Source: the human T2T-CHM13v2.0 reference genome, Homo sapiens. From it: a DNA stretch of 64,000 nucleotides. The stretch is from assembly GCF_009914755.1 (NCBI RefSeq), contig NC_060925.1. One strand, given 5' to 3'. The notes beneath the pieces were generated by a model. It ran no database searches. It was not told where the DNA came from and saw nothing but the letters and a program-made list of their open reading frames with translations. Numbering within the stretch: position 1 is the first letter of the stretch; the number at the start of each line of letters is the position of its first letter. Below, piece after piece: positions 25,956 through 38,865 of this stretch. The position numbers were made by a program, and so were the translations under genes.

Positions 25956-26721
25956 GACCCTCACTTAACACTTTCATGAGCACTTACCCTGAGCACAACA
26001 CATTTAGGGTGATTTCCAGCTATTCCTCCATTTCTCCTGGTATTCTTTGCTAGGGTCACGGAATGCATGGGTATTTCAGAGAGGGCTAGAAATCTCTGAC
26101 CACTCTCTCAGATAATTCAATTTGTCACTCTATTAAAAAGAAAAAAAGATAAAATAATAATACTACTGCTGGCCATGTCCTAGAGGGGAGGAACCCACCG
26201 GAGTCTTTCCAATGAGCAGATAATATATTTAAATGCAGTCCATCAGTCAGTAATCTGCTGCCACCCCATCCTCGGAGAGCTGCTTTATTGAACACTGTAA
26301 TTGCCTGGATGGTGTTATTCATTTCTGTAGCTGTTGATATTAATTAAATATTTTTGTCGAAAGCTCCCCATGACATTTCTTGCTGCATTCTTGAATATCT
26401 GATAAGATATACAGTCAGTACACTGGTACCCGCTGCATTTGGCTGATAGTCTTGTCCTAGTTTCTAACCCTCAAAACGCTAAAGAAATGACACGGTTTTA
26501 GTGGAATGAGGACTTCTATTGTTACAGAGTTTGGGGGAGTAGGGGGAGTCCACAAGTCTTAGTGAAATAGATGCAAATGTCACGTTTTAGAGCTCATTGT
26601 ACTGGCAGAAGCTGGAAATTGGCCTAGACCCTTATTCAAAGGTTTAGCTCGTTCCTTAGGTCAAAGAAAGTTCAGTTGCACTGGTTCCTACAATCCCAAC
26701 CCCAGTAGAAAGAGGCATTTA

Positions 26722-26890
26722 GGCATTCATTCATTAATATTTTACAAGTATCTCTGGAGGTCCTACAATGTGCCAGGCCCTGTGCTAAGTGCTGAAAACA
26801 CAGAATTTAAATAATACAAATACAATATAAAATAAACCAAAGAGGTCTCTCTCCTTATAAAAGCGTAGCCTGTTGGGGAACAGAGGCAAG
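26722..26890 (-). mobile_element. L2 3' end
   Basis: cattcattcatt...ctacaatgtgccaggccctgtgctaagtgctg. Confidence 0.75.
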
Positions 26891-27829
26891 GCTACTATAG
26901 TAGAAGGCACACTTTAATTCCAGGTGTGAACTAACAGTAGGAACAGCTGAGGCTGCAAGGCCTCTGACTATTAAGTCTGGCAGCAAAAGGCGGAGGACAA
27001 AGGGAGTAAAGTGTACATAGAGCAAGGTAACCCAGCTGAGACAGAGATGAGATGCTGAGTTTGTCTATATGAGGAACTGAAGCCTGCAGAATCCTGTGGT
27101 CCTGCATTGATCTGGATGACATGTATGAGGACTTTTATTTTACTTTTTCCTTGAAAGAGGAAAGAATCTGAGATCAGAGACCTTGAAGGAAGGAGGAGGA
27201 CAACAAAGGAAGAGCATGGCATCTGCAACCTCCCTCTTCCACTTCATTTCTGGTCTGAGTTGGAGGCTGTATGAGCAGAGAAGTGAGGTCAGAAGCTGAA
27301 GCCGTTGTGTTTGTAAGAGACTCAGAGCACAGGCCAAGCTGCTGTGAGGCCTAGATGCACAGAGCACTTCTGGGAGTTGGGGAACAAGGCTTAGCTCCTT
27401 CACTGATCCCAAGCATGCTCCAGTATCCTAGGACCAGCAGCTTTGGGGCATGGGGAGTAAGCATCTCTGTGTGGACACTGGCCTACTTATGTTGGGCATT
27501 ATTCGGATGGAATAGACAGGCACATTCAGAGGGCTTCAGGATAGCATCCAACACTGGGGGCGGACAGGATGTGGGTAGCGGACTGACTGGTTTGATGAGA
27601 ATAGATGAGCATACACCTGGAGATCCTTGTGGGTGGGGACAACTCTAAAGGGTGATGGAATTCTTAGGAGGAAGGAGCTTTCAGCTAGAAAAATTTGAAA
27701 GCAACTATTAACAAGTGAAGCAGACTTGTAATGTTTGGATTGTTTAGTGATTAAAAAAAAGAAAGAAGAGAGGAAGAAAGAAGGATGAGACCATTGGCAC
27801 ATGGAGAGAGGATGTCAGAATTACCGGAG

Positions 27830-27965
27830 CAGAGCAGTGTGGTACAGCCGAAAGAACACTGACGGTTAGGAGACCTTGTGCTGGTCCTTGCTTTGCTGAT
27901 AACTGTCTGTGTTTTGCTGAGCAAGTTACCACCCCTCTCTGGGCCTCAGTTTCCTCAACTGCAAA
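27830..27965 (+). mobile_element. MIR/MIR3 SINE
   Basis: ctctctgggcctcagtttcctcaactgcaaat. Confidence 0.7.
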
Positions 27966-28782
27966 TGAAAGGCAAAGACAGTAGTTTCCAGCTCCCCCAG
28001 GTACATGATTTCAGATGAGCTACTTATAGGGTACTCAAGTTTTTAAATGCAGGAACCTCCTAATATCAGGTGAGGGTTACACATGAAAATATAACAAAGT
28101 GAGAGAAGAGCAAAAAGTTGAGGTTCTCATGGCAACCAGAATTCATAGCAGCTGTGCATTGTTAAAGGGACTTCTCCTGACAGACTGATGAATAATCCCA
28201 AAGTCTACCTATTGTGCAGGAATTGCCAGGGACTCTTTTGGGGAGAAAGTGGGGCACAAAGGTAACACTAGCCAACCATTTTATGAGATTTTTAATCAAT
28301 GCAAAAAAATTTGGCAACATTTTCAATGAAAGTGTGCAAATAAAAATGCATCTATATTTAATGAGGCACTCTATTTATTCAATAATAAATGCCAGTTGGT
28401 TATTAATAAAATATTGCTGTCATTAATCCTCAATAAATACAGTTAGAGTAATTAGTATTAAAGTGACACAGAATACTTCATAATGCAAAGGTAATTTTCT
28501 CAACGTTAATGGATTATTCAAACAAACCTTTACTCACAGCTATCAAGATCAAGACCCTCTAGGGAAAAAGGACTAGCGAGTTACAGGGTAACCTTGAAAA
28601 CTTTGAAAGTTTAAAGACTTGAAAATGAGGCCAGCAGGGGTCTTTAAATTGCTATTGAGAGTCTCAGGTTTCTCAGAAAAAAAAAAAGGTACAGAAGCCC
28701 CACAGACCAAGCACATACATGGATCCAGGATAGAATCTAAATTCTACTAAATTTATTAAGTTGTGTGACCTTGGCAAAGTCA

Positions 28783-29119
<337 letters not shown>

Positions 29120-29768
29120 AAAATAAGGATAATGATCTTCCCCATTCAGAATTGTGATGAGAATTAAATGAGATTATGTATTTTTCAAAAACTTAGCACT
29201 ATACATAGTAGAAGTTTCGAAAATAACAATTCAGACTAAATCCCATAAGTAACAAGGTAGCAAGGTAGTGTAGCAAAAGAGATCATAAATCCTGTTTTCT
29301 GAGGATCCCAAATTTTGGAAATTTGCCCTCATTTGCTGGGTTGAAATTCACGTTCTTTATCTTTTCTCAAAATTATGACTATCATTCATGAGCCCTTGCT
29401 TTGATCCTTTCTGGTTTATCTAAGCTGTTTTTATAGATGTCAAATCACTTTGACAGCATCTTCCGACTGTGACAGAAATAATGCAGAAGGGTGGAAAAGT
29501 GTAACTCTGAGAATAGGGAAAATTGCATCCCCCCTTCTAGCTCTGCATAGATGTCAGACAATCATGTAACTCACTGGGCTGTGGTCTTATCAAATGTTGG
29601 GACAAATTATTTTTATAAGTCTCTCAGATTTTAGCATGTAATTATTTTATGACTCTTCCCTTAAATTGTGGATTCTTAGAATTTTCTCTTCCTTAGTGAT
29701 TCGTTTTAATGCCAGGCCACTCTTAGCATTTGGGGGGTCTGTTGGTGAGCCTGGAGAGTGTAAAGTAT

Positions 29769-30442
29769 TGTTAGAGTAGGTAGTTAGGCATGAGCAGAGC
29801 AGGATAGAGATCCGCCTCCACCCCACTGCCAACCAGGAATGTCAGAAAACCATCAGGTGATGGTCAGGTAGTTGTTAAACTATCTCTCTCAAATAATAAG
29901 TGGTTGCAGTCAGCACCAGGGAAAGGCCATCTCCCAGTACATAAAAAAACACCTGAATCTGGTGATTAGCAGCTTCCCAACTTATTGGGAAGCTCGGCAA
30001 GTGGGCACCAGCATGTTCACTAAGAGGTAAAATGGAGGAGTTTAACTAGTATATGATCTTTCTCTATGAACACTCGACTGGTAAGGGAAGAAAGCCTCCA
30101 GTGAGCACCTGTACAATTTAAGTAAAACACTGTGCATGCAGGCCCTCTCAAGTGCTGGAAGTGCTGGCAGGCCACTGCACATGCAGAAAGCCCACATATA
30201 AAACCCCAAGTCAAAGATCTAACTGTGCACTTGAATCTCTCAAGTTGCCTGCTTGGCCCTCTTCCAAGTGTACTTTACTTCCTTTCATTCCTGCTCTAAA
30301 ACTTTTTAATAAACTTTCACTCCTGCTCTTAAACTTGTCTTGGTCCCTCCCTCTGCCTTATAGCCCCTCAGTTGAATTCCTTCTTCCAAGGCGGCAAGGT
30401 TTGAGGTTGCTGCAGACTCCTACAGATTTGCCACCACTAACA
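29769..30442 (+). mobile_element. ERV1 solo LTR, MER50-like
   Basis: TG...CA ends, 4-bp TSD GTAT/GCAT, TATAAAA 30197-30203, AATAAA 30308-30313; accatcaggtgatggtcagg and ccctcttccaagtgtactttac match the MER50 consensus as I recall it. Confidence 0.85.
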
Positions 30443-31009
30443 GCATCCGATTTGGGGAGGATACCCCTAGTGATTAGCATAGTGCAACTCCCCTTAGGGA
30501 AATATTGCTGAACTGGGGGTGAAGACTAGGGAGAATAGAAGTGGGGTCTGAGGGGAGAAGGAGAAATTTTTATGCAGCAGAAGAATCTGAGACAGCACTG
30601 ACCAAATCCAGAATCAGAATCATTTAGTTTCCAGATAACAACCTCGTTGCTGCTGAAAGGTGAAGTTCATTGGTCCCCAATTTGATCTAATGACTACAAG
30701 TGTATTCTGTGTGCCAGCCGCTATACTAGATAGGAGTAACACAGAGCTGAATATGCAGTTTCTCCCCTCAAGAACCTTGCACATGAACAAATCACTGTAT
30801 TAAATATGATCAGTGCCAGAAGAGAAACAAAATAGTATCTTTAGAAAACCTCTATTCTGCCTGTCTTCTAAAGAATAAAGGTAGGAGGGGAATGAAAGCC
30901 CTTCATAAACTCCTCAGAAAGCTCTTGTCTGTTTTGATCTGCCCCTTTGCAAGTTCTCCCTGGTACTTCTAGAAATTCTGTGTCCTGCCAGAGACAATGT
31001 AGTATAAAC

Positions 31010-31200
31010 ACACGTAGGTATAGGACAGTGTAGGCCCTGGAATAGTCTGGGTCTGTATCTCGATTCTGCCATTGCCTAGCCTTGTGCATGACCTTGAACA
31101 AGTTATTTAACACCAAGTGCCTCAGCTCCCTCAGCTGTAAGCTGGGATAATAATAGTGCTTCCTCACTAGATATTTGTAAATTTCAAATGATGTCACTGG
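31010..31200 (+). mobile_element. MIR SINE
   Basis: tgaccttgaacaagttatttaac...gtgcctcagctccctcagctgtaa. Confidence 0.75.
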
Positions 31201-31228
31201 GTAATCACTTAACCTCTGAGTCCTCATC

Positions 31229-31511
31229 TTTTTTTTCTCTCTTTTTTTTTTTTTTTTTGAGACAGATTCTTGCAATGGTGCGATCTCAGCTCAACCTCTG
31301 CTTCCTGGGTTCAAGTGATTCTCCTGCCCCAGCCTCTTGAGTAGCTGGGACTACAGGCGCACACCACCACACCCAGCTAATTTTTGTATCTTTAGTAGAG
31401 ACGGGGTTTCACCATGTTGGCCAGGCTGGTCTCAAACTTCCGACCTCAGGTGATCCACCTGCCTTGGTCTCCCAAAGTGCTGGGATTACAGGCATGAGCC
31501 TCACTCCCAGT
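31229..31511 (-). mobile_element. AluS SINE with two internal deletions
   Basis: Dimer; junctions cttgc|aatggtg and gctca|acctc lack consensus segments. Confidence 0.93.
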
Positions 31512-32146
31512 TTTAATGTGACAAACAGAGATAAGACTTTCTAGAGTAGTTTGAGGAATTAATGTACACATGTATATAATTTAGCATATTGCCTGGCACA
31601 TAGTAGATGTATGAAAAATGCAAAGTCCTTTCAGCTAGGGAGAGAATATTAGGATTTTTAGGCAACAGTATCCACAGATACTCTTTCTTGTGGACATTAG
31701 TAACAGAGTTTGCACTTGTTCTTATTGCCAAGTATGTACATGGATTATCAATTTTAGATTTCCAGGATCTCAGGTGCAATGCTGGCTCTCCATTTATCTT
31801 CCTGCAGGGAATTGGTCCCACTGAGAGGATTTATTAATAAGCACATGTACTTTGTTACTGAAAAGCCACTGAACCTCTTCTTTAAAAATGGGAGCATTTG
31901 TGAGCTGCTGTGAATATATCCATATACATTTTTAATCCTCGCTGTTCCTGCCAAAGACTAACCTTCCTTTAAGAGGACTTTCTTTATGAGCTACCACTTA
32001 TTAATCTGCTATCATGGGCCAGGGTCCTATGCTAAGTATCTTAAATACATCGTTTCTCATAACCTGTAGAACAAGCCAGAGAAGGGAGTCTTATGAACTG
32101 TACAGTTTGGTGAAGGTACTGAAGATCAGCCAGGTTAGGGGCAGGG

Positions 32147-32323
32147 CAGTGGTTCTCGAAGTGTGTCCTGGACCAGCAGCATCAGCAGCTTGTTAGGAAT
32201 GCACATTCTCAGGTCCCCATTCCAAATCGATTGCCTCAAAATCTCCAGGGGTAGGATCAGCACTTTGTGTTTTAACAAGCACTACAGGAGATTCTGAACC
32301 CTCTGTAAATTTGAGGGATTTCC
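32147..32323. mobile_element. MER5A hAT MITE nested in a MIR
   Basis: cagtggttctcgaagtgtg...gaccagcagcatcagca...tgtgttttaacaagc. Confidence 0.85.
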
Positions 32324-32388
32324 CTAGGATCCCATAGCCAGGAAATAGTGGGGTGGGATTGGAGCTTGGGTCTGAGGACAGACTAGAG

Positions 32389-32603
32389 CCTCTCTCAACC
32401 AAGAGCAATTCTGCCCCCAGCAGACACTTGGTAATGTCTAGAGATATTTTTGTTTATCACAACTGAGGTGGGGAGAGTTGCTACTGGCATCCAGTGAGTA
32501 AAGGCCAGAGATGCTACTAAGATCTCACAATGCACTGGACGGCCCCCAGGACAAAGAATTTTCCAGCCCAAATGTCAGTAGTGCTGAGGTTTAAGAAACC
32601 CTG
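32389..32603. mobile_element. MER20 hAT MITE
   Basis: ttggtaatgtctagagatattttt...gctactggcatccagtgagtaaaggccagagatgct...gaaaccctg; 8-bp flanks gactagag/gtctacag. Confidence 0.88.
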
Positions 32604-32640
32604 GTCTACAGCTTTATGCTGCCTTATAAAAAAGACAGTT

Positions 32641-32922
32641 AAAAGCAGGGAGGGATGAGGGAGGAAGAGAGGGAGAGAGAGAAACAGAGAAAGACAAAAG
32701 AGGGAAGAAATGAAGGGAGAGAAAGAAAGAAGAGAAGGAAGAAAGAAAAGGAGTTAAAGGAAGAAAAGAAGGAAAAGAAGGAAGGAGGAAGAGAGAGAAG
32801 AAAGGGAGGAAAGGGGAGTGGGGAGGAGGGAGAGAGAAAAGAGAAGAAAGAAAGGGAGGAAGAGAGGGAGGGAGAAAGGGAGGGAGGAACGGAGTGAGAA
32901 ATGGAGGGAGGGAGGGAGGAGG
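32641..32922. repeat. About 280-bp GA-rich polypurine low-complexity tract
   Basis: Almost entirely A/G with GGGA and GAAA motifs. Confidence 0.95.
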
Positions 32923-33419
32923 CTAAATGGCTGATTTGGAAACAGTCAGTGGGAAGGTCTGTCCTGCCCTTGAAGAGCAGGAAACTGGAAATCAAAATGG
33001 CCCTTTAAAAATAATTGTGCTAGAGCCTGGGAGCTACATAGAATGGAAATGAAATAAGTCTTCAGTGTATCATACTTAGTGCAACTTTTGGATGTGAAAT
33101 GTACTTACAAAGTAATGTGGCATTTCAAAAGCATGTTGTCCTCTGATAAGCCAGGGTTTGGAACCAGAAAGAAAATATCTGTATGGACAATTATCAGACT
33201 GTAACAGCCGATGAATGTGATTTGTGACTTGCAGCTGCTGTATGTGTTTTGGCACATAAACACATAGACATTGGTCATCTTTTCAAATGCTTTTAATATT
33301 TTCTCCAGCATGAGCTCCAGCTCTGCTGTCTCTTGGTCTCCTCTCTCTGCCTGCTCTATCTCCCACTTCTTAGTCTCTTTTCCCCCTCAATTATTCTCTC
33401 TTCTCCTCTTTTTTGCCTT

Positions 33420-33723
33420 TTTTTTTTTTTTTTTTTTTTTTGAGACAGAGTCTCGCTCTGTCAGCCAGGCTGGAGTGCAATGGGGCATTCTTGGCTCACT
33501 GCAATCTCCACCTCATGGGTTCAAGTGATTCTTGTGCCTCAGCCTCCTGAGTAGGTAGGATTACAGGCATGTGCCACTGCACCCAGCTAATCCTTGTATT
33601 TTTAGTAGGGTCGGGGTTTCACCATGCTGGCCAGGCTGGTCTCAAACTCCTGACCTCAAGTGATCAGCCCACCTTGGCCTCCCAAAGTGCTGGGATTACA
33701 GGTACGAGCCACCACACCCAGCC
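33420..33723 (-). mobile_element. AluS SINE with 11-bp TSD in a CT-rich tract
   Basis: TTTTTTGCCTT at 33409-33419 and 33724-33734. Confidence 0.96.
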
Positions 33724-34062
33724 TTTTTTGCCTTCTAATCTTCCACATTTCTCTCTTATCTTCCTGTCTCCTGTCAATCTCTTTCTCTTCCATCTTCCCT
33801 TTCTCTCAAATTTGCTCTCATCATCTTCCCTTGTTCTCCCTACCTACCCTTTCTTCTCTCTTAACTTCTTAATTTTCCATTTTATTTTTCTTCACTTTTT
33901 TCTAAATCATGCTTTTTTCCCCTCATAATCCCTTCCTCTCCTTCCCCTTCTCTTTGTTTTTGTTTTCTCAATTTTCTCCATTTTCTCTCCTTGCACCCCC
34001 AATTTTCCCATCCTTTCTCTTGCCCCTCACTTGCTCCATCTCTCTCCTCCCTACTTTTTTTC
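33724..34062. repeat. CT-rich low-complexity tract (continues 33325-33419 on the other side of the Alu)
   Basis: Strong pyrimidine bias read directly. Confidence 0.85.
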
Positions 34063-34116
34063 TGGTTCAGGAAAGCCTTAGTCAGCCCATCAACTTCTAG
34101 TCAAAGGGCTCTTTTT

Positions 34117-34412
34117 TGTTTGTTTGTTTGTTTTGAGATGGAGTCTCACTCTGTCACCCAGGCTGGAGTGCAGTGGTTCAATCTCAGCTCACTGTAATCT
34201 CCACCTCCCGGGTTCAAGCAATTATCATGCCTCAACCTCCTGAGTTGCTGGGATTACAGGCATGTTCCACCATGGCTAATTTTTGTATTTTTACTGGAGA
34301 TGGGGTTTCACCATGTTGGCCAGGCTGGTCTCAAACTCCTGACCTTAGGTGATCTGCCTGCCTCGGCCTCCCAAGGTGCTGGGATTACAGGCACGAGCCA
34401 CCACACCCAGCT
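34117..34412 (-). mobile_element. AluS SINE with (GTTT)n tail
   Basis: Full dimer; degenerate TSD aaagggctcttttt / aaaaggcccttttt. Confidence 0.95.
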
Positions 34413-34575
34413 GAAAAGGCCCTTTTTCTGAACCACACATCTCCTGCATTCTCAGCAGGTGAGGAAGTAAGCTTTAGGAAAGGTCTCATTGTCACTTGGG
34501 GCATGGGGGTAAGGATTAAAAAGACCACAGATTATCCCTCTGCTGTCTGGGAGTACTATGGATCCAGTTTCTGAC

Positions 34576-35049
34576 TGTGGTAGGCAGAATAATGGTCCCC
34601 AAAGATGTCAGGTCTTCATCTCTAAAACCTGAAAATGTTATCTTTTTAGGAAAAAGAGTCTTTGCTGATATCAGTACATTAAGGATGTTGAGATGGGGAA
34701 ATTACCCTGGATTATCCAGGTCAACCCTAAATGCAATTGCAGTCTCTTTATAAAAGGCAAAGGAGATTTCACACATACAGAAAGGAAAAGGTGGTATAAA
34801 GATGGAGGCAGAGGTTGTAACGATGTGGTCACAAGCCCCAAAATATTGGCAACCAGAAGCTGCAAAGGGCAAGAACAGATTCTCCTCCAAATTTTATAGT
34901 AGGAACTGGCCCTCCCAACACATTAATTCTAGCCCTGTGATACTGATTTTGGACTTTTGGCCACCAGAATTGCAAAAAAATAAGCTTTTGTTGCTTTAAG
35001 TCACCAGGTTTGTGGTTATCTGTTAGAGGAGCCACAGGCAACTGATACA
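34576..35049 (+). mobile_element. MaLR solo LTR, MLT1C/D-like
   Basis: tgtggtaggcagaataatgg start, aactgataca end, TSD CTGAC/CTGAT. Confidence 0.9.
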
Positions 35050-35520
35050 CTGATCTTGAGCTGTATCCACAATATTAAGTTCAGAGTTTTTGGACGGTCC
35101 CTCTGTTTGGTTAGTCTGTGACCCCTTCCTTAACTGATGAATTGGCAGGGCTCTGTGTTATCATATCAGAAGATTTTTAATTGTTTGTTTTTCTTTAAAC
35201 TAGTGAGTATTTAGCATATTTTGGTATCTTTAGGCTATGAGTTAATTCTATAGTTCTTAAAGATAATACATTGTTCCATCTGCCCATATTCTTCCACTTT
35301 ATTCATACATATCCATCAGCCTTACAATCCACATTCTTTTCTTTTCTGGACTACTAGGATGTTAGAAGAAAAATACAGGTTCTGGCTTATGGCTCTTTAT
35401 CTGTGAGGTTCTGTACATTGATCACACTTCTGAGTCATTTTCTATAATGCAAAGATAACAGTTTCCCTTTAGTTACCTATAACAAAGAAATCAGCAGATA
35501 CAAGCAGTTAACACAAGGTG

Positions 35521-35558
35521 TATATATATATAGAGAGAGAGAGACAGAGAGAGAGAGA
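35521..35558. repeat. (TA)n(GA)n microsatellite
   Basis: Read directly from the sequence. Confidence 0.85.
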
Positions 35559-35654
35559 AGAATCCACAACATTCTAAATAAACTAATGACTTGATAAAGC
35601 CATTTTAGAGAGCATATGTCATAAATAAACAAGCAAATAAATACGAAAACAACA

Positions 35655-35860
35655 AGCAGTTTGAATCCAGGCAGACCTGGGTTTGAAACTTAGCTCAACC
35701 ATTTAGTAGTCTTCTAAATTTAGGCTAGTTATTTATCTTTTGAGTCCTTTTTTTAAAATCTGTAATATAAGGGTGATACTATCTGTTATACAGGTTTATT
35801 ATTATAAAGATTAATTAAAATGTATGGAGGAGCTCATGACAATGTCTAGTATATAATGTT
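35655..35860 (+). mobile_element. MIR SINE
   Basis: cagacctgggtttgaaacttagctcaaccatttagtag. Confidence 0.7.
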
Positions 35861-37389
35861 ATTGTTATGAATATGAATATCATTAATAAAGACTATCATA
35901 TTAATGTTCATTTTATTATTTGTGTGTTCATGGAAAAATCACTTAAGTTCTTAAGCTTCAAGTGCCTGGTCTATGAAACAGGGGTAACTGCCCTTCCCTC
36001 AATGGGTAAATGTAAGGATTTGATGAAATCACACGTGACAATGGATGGCCCAGTCACCAGGGCATAGTAGGAACTCAAAATAAGCCCTTTCTTTTTCAGG
36101 CTATTGAGTGTATTGTGCTCCTCTCCGCTTCAATGACAAAGAAACCTCAAAGAAGAAACCCGATTTTGATGGCTTCTCTTTACTGACATGTTTTAAAATA
36201 GATGGCCCTCAATTTTATGGAAATCCAACTGACACTACTTAAAATTTGCATTGTAGATGGGAGAGACTTCATTTTACCAGACAATTCTTCAGTTAGCCAA
36301 AGTGCTCTAGGATTTCTTTAAAAATACAATTCCCTGCATTCTTCTGAAATAGAATTCAAATGAGGAAATTGTCATTAACCCAGCTTGTTAGGACCCCTTT
36401 ATTACATAGATTCCACCTGTGTGGGTCAGGACTGTTCTGCTCTTTGTGTGCTGACTTCAGTATTCAGTCTGCCTGTCCTGCACTCCGGGGTCCACATCAA
36501 TGCCTTCAACTTAGATTGAAAGTCCACTGGGTCATTGCTTTTTGACTGGCATCTGTGGATGCTTCCCGGGCAAGGTGGCCTTGTGGGAAATATTGTTGGT
36601 CATCACTGTCAGATGACTGCTCTGAGCACCTGTTGGCCTTGAAGTTTACAAACAGAAAACAGAAACTGACACGGCCCCTTCTCAGAGTAGCTGTCCAGTT
36701 TTGCTCTGCCTGGTTCTAAGTCCAGAATCCATCTCTCTTTTATGCCAGCCTTTGCCTTCCTCAGCCACCCCCAGCCGAAGGCTTCAGGACGGGAAGTGGG
36801 GGTCAGAATACAAGGGAAATATATTAGCATACGTTACTTGTTCCAGACCTAGTGCTAGGCCATCCGGAACTCTGCTTTTGAGGCTGTGAGATAACGGACT
36901 AATGCCAAGGCACAGGATCTACAATACAGAATCAGAACCAAGGAGCTCAGAGAAATAGGCAGAGGTGACCAGAAGTAACACCTCACACTGCAGAGTGAGT
37001 CACAGTTTTCTGAAAGGCTCTCTCACTTACACTCTTACATTTATTCTTCACAGCCACCCCAGAAGGGTCAGTAGTAATACACATTATTATGCACATGTTA
37101 TACAAATATATATTTTCCATTTGCAGAAATTGAGGCTAAGTGCCCTGGCTGAGGTCACGCAGCTAGTTGGTGGCAGAGCTATTTAAATGCAGCTCTGATT
37201 TCAAGGCAGGCCAGGGGTGGAGATGTTGAGCCACCTGCCATTTGAAGCACTTAGTTTACCTGAAAATCTTGAACCTCAGTCCATGGGCCAGAGAAAGGAT
37301 GGAGGGAAGCTGTGGGAACACAAGAATGGGGAGCAGGACCTCAGTAGCTTATGGGGCATTTATTAATAGGGTTGAGGATCTTGGAGAAA

Positions 37390-37570
37390 GTGTAATGGGG
37401 AAAGCAAAGGAATGGACACAGCTCCTCCTAGCCAAGTGGTGTTGCTTAACCTCTGAGCCTCAGTTTCTCCATCTGTGAATGCATAGAATGTCCTTGGTAG
37501 AGTTGTTGTAAGATTGAATGAAATTATCCTGAGAAAACTGTTTAAATCGTGCCTGAAGTACAGTGAACAA
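37390..37570 (+). mobile_element. MIR SINE
   Basis: cttaacctctgagcctcagtttctccatctgtgaa...gttgttgtaagattgaatga. Confidence 0.75.
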
Positions 37571-37924
37571 CCCAAACACACGCACGTGCCCTGTTTTCTC
37601 ATGATCATTGCATGGCGTGTTTGTGAGGAGGAAAGTGGCAGCCAATGCCTACCACAGAGAGGCACTCAACACAGGACTCTTCAAAAAAGCCACATGCATT
37701 TCAGAACTAAAGCCAGCTTCCTGAAGAGTGGAAAACAAACACATTCACACTGACTCCACTTTTCTTTTTCTCTAATACAGTTACACTTCTTCACATCTAT
37801 AATAAAATTTATATTAAAACCTCTCAGCTACTAGTAAGCCTTTTGCTACAAGGAATTGACCCTGTTTTCCAGATAAGAAAACAGAGTCTTAAAAAATGAA
37901 ACTAGAGTGAGCTTGGGTGTCCCT

Positions 37925-38095
37925 CTTTTTATTGATAACTTCACTGTAGTGAAGTTTACATATCATAAAATTCACCCATTTCAATTGTATAATTCAATGA
38001 TTTTTAGCAAATTTTCCCAGGTGTGTAACCATCACCATAAATCATTTTCACACATTTTCATCCCTCCAATAAAATCTCTCATGCCCATGTGCTTT
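37925..38095 (-). mobile_element. L1MB-type 3' end
   Basis: tttacatatcataaaattcacccattt...tataattcaatgatttttag...aaccatcacca. Confidence 0.8.
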
Positions 38096-38619
38096 TAACC
38101 TGCTAGGGATGATACAGCTTTGGAAGGGCTGGGGGAAAGAGGAGGCACTCCACACAGGACAGAAATGCATGAGTCTGCCCAAATATCTAGGCCAGAATTT
38201 GAGACTGGGAGCAGAGGGCTGGTGTCTAGGGGCAGAGATGATCATTGTCATTCAGAACACATGAGGCTCCTCCCTTTACAGCACTGAGAGCCTCACAAGT
38301 GTGTGGCCAGAGGACACTGCAATTCTGTTACAACTGCAACTTTAAGGGAAGCTGTTTTGAAGAGGAATCAGTAAACATGCTATATCCTCGTGGGGATCCT
38401 CAGTCCTGATACCCAGACAGCTGGCTGTGGCCAGGAGGGGCTCTGTGCGCCTGCCTTGGTTAAAAAAAAAAAAAAAAAGGCAGTGCCTCAAGATGCAAGA
38501 CTAGATAAGAATACTGAACAAGACATAAATAGCAAGATCTTTTTTGATCCTTCAGGTCACAGGAGCTTAACTGCACTCCAGTCAAATTGGTTAATTAATA
38601 ATAATAATAGTGATGATGA

Positions 38620-38865
38620 CAATAGCTCCCATTGTTTAAAAATTAATTTGAGGCAAGGCTTTGTGCTAAGAAATATATGTCCCATTCATTATGATATTTA
38701 ATTCTTACAACAACTCTTTAAGGCAGGTACAATTATTGTTCCTCCTTTTTCCAAAAGGAAACTAAGGCTCAGAGAGGTTAAGAGACCCGCCCAAGGACAT
38801 ACAATAAGCAGATTTTAAGCAGAATTTGAAACCAAGGCTGTTTGGTTGGCCTGTGCTTTCCCCAA
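38620..38865 (-). mobile_element. MIR SINE
   Basis: tttaattcttacaacaactct...ggaaactaaggctcagagaggttaag. Confidence 0.8.

Noticed and set aside
32639-32995. Glu/Arg/Lys-rich (+) and Ser/Phe/Leu-rich (-) ORFs
   Set aside because: They arise because the polypurine tract lacks stop codons.
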